Under the pieces are notes generated by a model. It was not told the DNA's origin. It made no database searches and saw only the letters and a list, made by a program, of their open reading frames with translations. Made by a program: the position numbers and the translations under genes. This document shows, piece after piece, positions 57,421-64,000 of a stretch of DNA of 64,000 nucleotides. Source of the DNA: an uncultured candidate division Zixibacteria bacterium (GTDB taxonomy: Bacteria; Zixibacteria; MSB-5A5; UBA10806; 4484-95); the NCBI GenBank assembly GCA_963668625.2, contig CAXXKA010000001.1, positions 480,001-544,000 of the forward strand, given 5' to 3'. Positions within the stretch are counted from its first letter, which is position 1, and the number at the start of each line of letters is the position of its first letter.

Positions 57421-58833
57421 GTGGTTAATCATCATAGTGCCAGAGCAGCGATCATATTAATCTTAGTTATGCTATCCATCACTGTTATTAACGCCGGGCA
57501 ACCCGATATGGAACCTGTCAGTTTAACGCCTCGGATTGGCCAGGAGATCGATTCGAGTGAGCGGGAGTATTACAACCTATTTCCCGATATCGAAAACTTC
57601 ATTAGCGCCTGGTTTTATAAAGTATCCGAAAAGGAATACAAGCTGATTTATACACATCTGGATTATGGGGATCAATCCCGGGGGGAAAGAAAAATCTCTG
57701 ATGAAATTTTCAATCTCACCCGTCACCATATAGAATTAAAAGATAGATATTTTGCTTTAAAACAGCGCGAACCTGGATCGGTTATCACTGAGCCTGAGAT
57801 GATGTTTAAGCTTAGCTTGAAATACGCGGCGCGGACAAAGTATGATATCAGCAATGAGATGCTTAATGATATTGTTAAAGAGTATCCCGAAAGTTCAATT
57901 TCAACTACTGCGGATTCGGTAAATACGATAGTTTCATTACTCCGAAAATCCGATAAAGTCCTGTTTAAGAAAGGCTCTCTTATCGATCAAAGCGGACGTA
58001 CCAGTTTAATCGTATTCAGCGGATACTACGGAATATGGCTGGGAATAGCCGTACCGGCAGCTTTCGACGCGGAAGAGACTGAAGCTTACGCTCTGGGCAT
58101 GTTATTGGGGCCATCGATTTCTGTCTATGCTGCCAGTGGATGGTCAAGGAACTCTAATATCACTAAAAGTAAAGCGAAAATGATTTCCGCCGGCGCGCAT
58201 TTCGGCACATTGCAGGGAATAGGCTGGACTGTATATGGTGATGCGAAATCACACGAGGTCATAGGAACCGGGGTTTTATCCGGGCTGGCCGGTATACTTG
58301 TCGCAAATCATCTTTCTAACAGCGTTGACTATACCGAGGGACAGGCGTCATTGATAGGTTCGAGTTTCGAATGGGGCATGTGGTACGGTGGAGTTTTTGC
58401 GGCAATGGCGGATGTTGATGATGATGAAATCGTTCTGGATATATTAATCGGTTCAGATATCGCCCTCTTAAGCGCCTGTGTTTTTGCGCCAAAAAGCAAC
58501 GCGTCCACCAGCAGGATTCGTCTGATTAATCTGGCAGGCATCGTGGGAGCAGTCGCCGGATTCGGCATCGATATATTAGCAAAAGTTGATGATGACAACA
58601 ATATAATGAGTTTAGCCGGTGCCGGAAGTTTTATCGGTTTACTGACAGGTATAAAATTAACCAGTGATTACGATAATGATAGAAAGTATTCATATAGTAA
58701 CCAGCGGGAAAATATATACGCCGGTCGGGCGGATGAATCATCGACTAAGATTGCGCCAGTATTTTCCTTTAAAAAGTATAATAGAAATTCTGAAAATTAT
58801 ATTCCTTATGTTGGGCTGAAAATAGATTTTTAA
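57421..58833 (+). CDS. Exported protein with Gly/Ala-rich hydrophobic helices, unknown function
   Basis: Signal peptide; TPR-like segment (IVKEYPES); repeated glycine-zipper-like helices; AAGGAG RBS. Confidence 0.65.
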   Translation: MVNHHSARAAIILILVMLSITVINAGQPDMEPVSLTPRIGQEIDSSEREYYNLFPDIENFISAWFYKVSEKEYKLIYTHLDYGDQSRGERKISDEIFNLTRHHIELKDRYFALKQREPGSVITEPEMMFKLSLKYAARTKYDISNEMLNDIVKEYPESSISTTADSVNTIVSLLRKSDKVLFKKGSLIDQSGRTSLIVFSGYYGIWLGIAVPAAFDAEETEAYALGMLLGPSISVYAASGWSRNSNITKSKAKMISAGAHFGTLQGIGWTVYGDAKSHEVIGTGVLSGLAGILVANHLSNSVDYTEGQASLIGSSFEWGMWYGGVFAAMADVDDDEIVLDILIGSDIALLSACVFAPKSNASTSRIRLINLAGIVGAVAGFGIDILAKVDDDNNIMSLAGAGSFIGLLTGIKLTSDYDNDRKYSYSNQRENIYAGRADESSTKIAPVFSFKKYNRNSENYIPYVGLKIDF

Positions 58834-58924
58834 TGGATAAAGCATAGTGAGTATTAAAATGATACTTTTAAGTTGCACTTCCTGACTGCCTAATAAGTAT
58901 TAGTAATTTATAAATATAATATTT

Positions 58925-59179
58925 CACTAGTGTCCGGTGTTTTTCGTTAAATTTTAAATTTCTCCTTGGAATTGTTAATGAAAAATATTTTCCGATATAA
59001 TTATTTTATTCAGCGTATCATTCATCCTGACATATCCTGCCGATGTTAGGCTTGGTTTTCTGGTTTCCAAGCGCTGCTTGGAAACCTTCTTGAATCATGT
59101 AGAATGCGCATTCTGCCGGCAAACAAGCCACGTTGCGAAGCAGCGCTTCGCAACGAGATGAAAAGACCGGACACTAGTG
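58925..59179 (-). mobile_element. 255-bp MITE copy 5 (subfamily A)
   Basis: CACTAGTGTCCGG at both ends; TSD ATAATATTT at 58916-58924 and 59180-59188. Confidence 0.96.
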
Positions 59180-59269
59180 ATAATATTTGATAATTATCTA
59201 AATATAGAAATTGTTAATTTTATAGCTATTACTAGGAGGAGTAGAAAAATAATACAGTATCTTACTATG

Positions 59270-60222
59270 GACAGAATATTATTCTTAGCTGAAATATAAG
59301 GATATCGGCTCCTAAGATTGTATTTAGCAATAAATTACCAACCACAAAAGGAGCCGATGTGAAGAAAGTACTACGAATCAAAAAAAGCAAGGTCAGAAAA
59401 GCGAAAAGAAAGAGGTCACGGATTTGACTGAATATGGCGGTCTGGATATTGATATGAAGGCGGCCTTGGTCAGTGAATTGATACCTCTGGGTTTGATGCA
59501 TGTCAACGAGCTTTTGAAGGATGAGGTGAGGCGGTTGGCCAGTGAACGTTATCAGCGGGATGGTTTAGCCGGTCATGATCTCTGGAGCAGCCTGAGCTAT
59601 GACCGTGGTTTGCTGATGATAATCGATGGCTCCAAGGGTTTTCGCAAGGCAATCAAAGAGGTTTTCGGTCGGTACGGTGTTGTGCAGCGATGTCAATGGC
59701 ATAAGCGAGAGAACATCGTCAGCTACCTGCCGAAAAAGCTTCAGACCAAATATCGTCAGAAACTTCAGGCGGCCTATGAACTTGATGATTATAAGAAAGC
59801 CAGGGCGGCGCTTCTGTCGATAAAAAGAGAGCTTCGCCTGCTAAACGAATCGGCGGTGTCTAGTCTGGAGGAAGGTTTTGAGGAATCGCTGAGCGTTCAA
59901 CGTCTGGGTTTGTCGAGGGAACTGCGTCGAAGTTTGAAAACCTCGAATATCATCGAATCGATCTTATCGCAGGTCGCCTCTAAAATGAATAAGGTTGATT
60001 ACTGGAAGAACTCCAATCAGAAACATCCCTGGATAGCCAGTGCCTTGTTGGCGATCGAGCCTAAGCTCAACAGGATAAGCGGGTATCGTCAACTGAAGAC
60101 TTTACGGACAGCTTTACAAATGATAATTCCTAAAACCGGTAGAAAGGAGATAATAGCTGCCTGAGCAGAAAAGGGAGCCGATATCAAATAAATCAAATTT
60201 CAACTAACTTTGGGATTGACTC
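59270..60222 (+). mobile_element. IS256-family element with internally deleted transposase (pseudogene)
   Basis: IIDGSKGFRKAI..VF....VQRCQWHKREN and LKTSNIIES motifs; only ~246 aa; subterminal inverted motifs TTAGCTGAAAT/ATTTCAACTAA and GATATCGGCTCC/GGAGCCGATATC. Confidence 0.8.
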
Positions 60223-60431
60223 ATTTATGTAATTAAAATATAATAAGCGCCTAAGTGGTATAAGGCGATAAATGATGCATAATACAGCCGCTTTAATAGT
60301 AAAAGCTACTCTGTTGTAGAAACGGTCTTTACCACAAAATCTGAAATATTATAAAGAAACCTGTTTTAGTTAGGGTAAAAGTGCATTCGGTTTATTATCG
60401 GAAGCTCTAAAATTAATTATAAGGTAGTATT

Positions 60432-61937
60432 ATGTTTAAAAAAACATCTTTTATTGATTACAATTCAAATCCTTTCAAATTAGTCGTTAATATTTTAGTA
60501 ATAGCCTGTTTCGTTGTTGTATTGACAAAAATAATTTATTCTCTAATATTTCATACTAGTTTTTTTTTCGTCTCTGCGGCTTGGGTTGGCCTTGCCATGG
60601 ATCTGAAAGATGGCGTATTTTATAGACCGCTTTTTTCAGAATCTACTGGTTTTGGTGGTACTCGCTTTTTCCCATTATATTTTTCTATCCATGCGTTATT
60701 AATGAAATTGATGGGAACACCTATTATATCAGGCTATATTATCAGTATTATCTCTGAAATCATTCTATTCGGTGCCTGCTATAAGTTATTGCGAAAATAT
60801 AAAATTGAATTGAGTATAATTCTATGGTTACTAGTTTTATTGCTTTCGACTATAAGTATTCAAATTGGTTTTAGTGCAGTCCGTGCGGATATACTGCCGC
60901 TTGCTTTGAATATATTAGGGATATTCATATTTATATCTGACTGCAATACTAAATATAAAAGAATATTAGTATCATTCCTATTCATACTTGCATTTTCAGC
61001 TAAAATAACAGCTGTTTCAGGTTTGGTATCTGTTTTTATATGGCTATTTTTAAATAAAAATATGAAAGAAGGTGTCAAAATCTTAGCTTTAACATCTATT
61101 GGTTATATAATAGTAATAGGAATTATGTATTTGGGATCCTCAGGAAGGGTAATTGATATATTTGCATCTTGTGCATCCGGCAATATAGATATATTATCTA
61201 TTATCAATGGACCAATAAGGTTGGCTAAAAGAATTATTAGATATGATTTAGAGTGCGTAATGTTATCGTTTTGGGCGTTGTTTATAATATATAAGTATAA
61301 AAGGAATCTTACTAATAATTTATTTTTTATTTTCTGGATTACTTCAATAATTATCACTTTTTTCATATTTTTATCTCCCGGAACCGAAACTAATCATCTT
61401 GTAGATATCTCAACAGCATCGATACTGCTAATAGGCTCTGTGATATTCAATAGTAATTTTGTTAGGAGAAAGCTTTTTACGTATATGTACGCAATAATAA
61501 TTTCATTTGCTGTAATATATAATATTTTTTTATTAGTGAAATTAATAGATGGAAGTTCAAATTTGAATGTACGTTACCCTGAAGAAATCGTAGATATTTG
61601 CAGAGTGAATGATGGAATAATATTATCAGAAGATCCAACGATTCCAGTGTTAGCAAATAAAAAACCGTATATACTGGATTCCTTTATGCTTCGTATATTA
61701 GTCAACGAGAAAGAGGATATCAAAAAGTCGCTTATAAATGGCGTGATTGAAAGAAAATATTCAGTAATCATTTTTGAAAAAGACCCACTTATTAGTACCG
61801 ATAGGGATATTTATCTGCATTATGGAGAGGAATTTATCGAGGCAGTGATATCAAACTACACTGAGGGGATCAGGAAAGGCAAACGTGTTGTATATTTTCC
61901 TGACTATTCTGATTCGAACATATTTAAAAATGAATAA
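60432..61937 (+). CDS. Polytopic membrane protein, GT-C (ArnT/PMT-like) glycosyltransferase-like, AT-rich
   Basis: Many TM helices; F.PLY...HA.L, R.D.L, AFSAK patterns; C-terminal soluble domain. Confidence 0.55.
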   Translation: MFKKTSFIDYNSNPFKLVVNILVIACFVVVLTKIIYSLIFHTSFFFVSAAWVGLAMDLKDGVFYRPLFSESTGFGGTRFFPLYFSIHALLMKLMGTPIISGYIISIISEIILFGACYKLLRKYKIELSIILWLLVLLLSTISIQIGFSAVRADILPLALNILGIFIFISDCNTKYKRILVSFLFILAFSAKITAVSGLVSVFIWLFLNKNMKEGVKILALTSIGYIIVIGIMYLGSSGRVIDIFASCASGNIDILSIINGPIRLAKRIIRYDLECVMLSFWALFIIYKYKRNLTNNLFFIFWITSIIITFFIFLSPGTETNHLVDISTASILLIGSVIFNSNFVRRKLFTYMYAIIISFAVIYNIFLLVKLIDGSSNLNVRYPEEIVDICRVNDGIILSEDPTIPVLANKKPYILDSFMLRILVNEKEDIKKSLINGVIERKYSVIIFEKDPLISTDRDIYLHYGEEFIEAVISNYTEGIRKGKRVVYFPDYSDSNIFKNE

Positions 61938-62115
61938 ATAATTGGAGAAACGCCTTAGTAAATCTTGATACCAGAAGGATGTTTGTGGATTAAGCCGCAA
62001 AGGGGCGAAAAACGGCCTGCTTGAGGCAAACGTTCCTCAGGAGCCCCGGCTCTTAGCCACTCGATATCAAAAATTATATTTGTTTTTTGGTGTAAATAAT
62101 GAAATTATAAGACTC

Positions 62116-62463
62116 ATGAACTCTCAAACCTTCATCGGTTGCTGCGGCGCATACTGCAAAACCTGCAAGGCTTTTACTGATGGCTCATGCAAAGGATGCA
62201 AATTTGGCTATGAATCAGGGAAGAGGGATATCGATAAAGCCAGATGCAAAATCAAACTCTGCTGCTTCCGCGATAACGGCTTTCAAACATGTGCCGATTG
62301 TAATAAGCTGGAAGCGTGTGAAATAATCAACAACTGGTATTCCAAGAAAGCGTATAAGTACAAAAAATATCAACAGGCAATCGAATACATTCGTGAGTAT
62401 GGCTATGCGAAGTTTATAACGATTGCCGATAGTTGGAGTAATGCTTACGGTAAGTATGAATAA
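62116..62463 (+). CDS. DUF3795 cysteine-rich protein
   Basis: GCCG.YC..C......CKGC...C.IK.CC......CADC....C. Confidence 0.8.
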   Translation: MNSQTFIGCCGAYCKTCKAFTDGSCKGCKFGYESGKRDIDKARCKIKLCCFRDNGFQTCADCNKLEACEIINNWYSKKAYKYKKYQQAIEYIREYGYAKFITIADSWSNAYGKYE

Positions 62464-62481
62464 TGAGTTTTTAAGTATTAT

Positions 62482-62734
62482 CACTGCTGTCCGGCCTTTC
62501 CATCTCGTTGCGAAGCGCTGATTCGCAACGTGGCTTGTTTGCCGGCAGAATGCGCATTCTACATGACTCAAGAAAGTTTCCAGGCAGTGCTTGGAAACCA
62601 GGGCACTAAGCCTAGTATCGGCAGGACATGTCAGGATGCTGATACGCTGAATATGATAATTATATCGGTAAATGTCTTTCACTAACAATTCCAAAGAGAA
62701 ATATAAAATTTACCGAAAAAACCGGACACTAGTG
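62482..62734 (+). mobile_element. 253-bp MITE copy 6 (more diverged)
   Basis: Ends CACTGCTGTCCGG...CCGGACACTAGTG; imperfect TSD AAGTATTAT/AAATATTAC (7/9). Confidence 0.9.
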
Positions 62735-62901
62735 AAATATTACGGTATTATATGGCTTTATACAATTTAATCCTTGCAACTCTCCCCGTATTTACCCGTA
62801 CAATAAATTCAACGAGCTTAATTCGCTTTTAAATGGTTAAGTACGTATAAAATCATTAAGCCATCAACACAATAACCAACTCAAACCAGAAGGAGCCATA
62901 A

Positions 62902-63585
62902 ATGCAATCCAAAGCAATTCTTGTCGGCAATTCCGATGGTATCGGAAAGGCGGTTACTAACCGGCTACTCAAACAGGGCTGGGATGTCATCGGTATCTCC
63001 CGCAGCGAATCCTCTTTGAAACACGAGAAATATCAGCATCACGTTTGTGATGTTGTCTCCGTGCAGTATCACGGGATTCTGGATGCAACGGTACAAACGA
63101 AGCCGGTAGATCTATGCATTTATTTTGCCGGTATCGGAGTGTTTTTAGATCCACTAGATATGAGCGGCGAGGCTAACGTAATCGATGTGAATCTCACTTC
63201 AATGGTCAAGACCGCGGCGGCTGTCGTGCCCGGTATGATCGAACGCGGGCAGGGGCATTTCATCGGTGTCTCTAGTGTCGCCGATGAGCTGATATCGGCG
63301 GAGGCGCCGTCGTATCACGCCTCTAAAGCAGGATTCACCAATTACCTTCGCGGCCTGGCGCTGGCGTTAAAACCCAAAGGCGTATATGTTACCAACGTAC
63401 GTTATGGTTTTGTCGATACTAAGCTTGCCAAAGGCGATATCAAGCCGTTTATGATGACAACCGAAAAGGCCGCCAACCATATGCAGTATTGTATCGATAA
63501 AAAGCCGGTGAACTACACCGCGCCGAAAGTGGTCATTCCGCTAATCAAATTTCGCAGGCTGATGATGAGCCTGGGAGCCAGGTAG
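62902..63585 (+). CDS. Short-chain dehydrogenase/reductase
   Basis: GNSDGIG, VSS, YHASK catalytic YxxxK, GFVDT. Confidence 0.9.
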   Translation: MQSKAILVGNSDGIGKAVTNRLLKQGWDVIGISRSESSLKHEKYQHHVCDVVSVQYHGILDATVQTKPVDLCIYFAGIGVFLDPLDMSGEANVIDVNLTSMVKTAAAVVPGMIERGQGHFIGVSSVADELISAEAPSYHASKAGFTNYLRGLALALKPKGVYVTNVRYGFVDTKLAKGDIKPFMMTTEKAANHMQYCIDKKPVNYTAPKVVIPLIKFRRLMMSLGAR

Positions 63586-63747
63586 ATTCTTGATTAAATC
63601 ATATGTAGATATCAATCAGTGAACATTCAATCTTATCGCTAACCTCACCGATATTCGCTCAAATCAAGAGTGATCAATGATCTTGACAAAAAGTACTTTA
63701 TATTCTATATTCAGCTAAGAATGACTGTTTAATGATATAATATTTTG

Positions 63748-64000
63748 CACTAGTGTCCGGTGTTTTTCGTTAAATTTTAAATTTCTCCTTGGAATTGTTA
63801 ATGAAAAATATTTTCCGATATAATTATTTTATTCAGCGTATCATTCATCCTGACATATCCTGCCGATGTTAGGCTTGGTTTTCTGGTTTCCAAGCGCTGC
63901 TTGGAAACCTTCTTGAATCATGTAGAATGCGCATTCTGCCGGCAAACAAGCCACGTTGCGAAGCAGCGCTTCGCAACGAGATGAAAAGACCGGACAGTAG
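63748..64000 (-). mobile_element. MITE copy 7 (subfamily A), cut by the window end 2 bp before its terminus
   Basis: Starts CACTAGTGTCCGG; body matches copy 5; ends CCGGACAGTAG. Confidence 0.93.

Overview
Bacterial chromosomal window. The dockerin-type and 'YPNPFN...SGVYFY...KM.L.K' secretion-CTD proteins plus reductive-type dsr genes suggest an FCB-related lineage such as candidate Zixibacteria (inference). It encodes a complete dissimilatory sulfate-reduction inventory: sat-aprBA (minus), a divergent qmoC, a separate qmoAB, and a long minus-strand cluster dsrABD-N-L-C-T-MKJOP followed by a CoA-disulfide-reductase/rhodanese fusion and the siroheme pathway (hemA, sirC/met8-like, hemC, cobA-hemD, hemB, hemL). 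Rex-like boxes lie at the promoters. The accessory layer is rich. (i) Seven near-identical ~255-bp non-coding MITEs with CACTA(G/C)TGTCCGG ends; five have exact 9-bp target duplications, each carries an inverted REP-like hairpin doublet, and two have jumped into secretion CTDs and added nearly the same new C-terminal tail. (ii) A tandem array of secreted proteins with unrelated AT-rich bodies and near-identical, mosaic C-terminal cassettes. (iii) A RAYT transposase with GTAG REPINs, one apparently split around a trypsin-like cargo gene. (iv) A deleted IS256, tRNA-Phe, cstA, mntP and several outer-membrane and lipoprotein genes.
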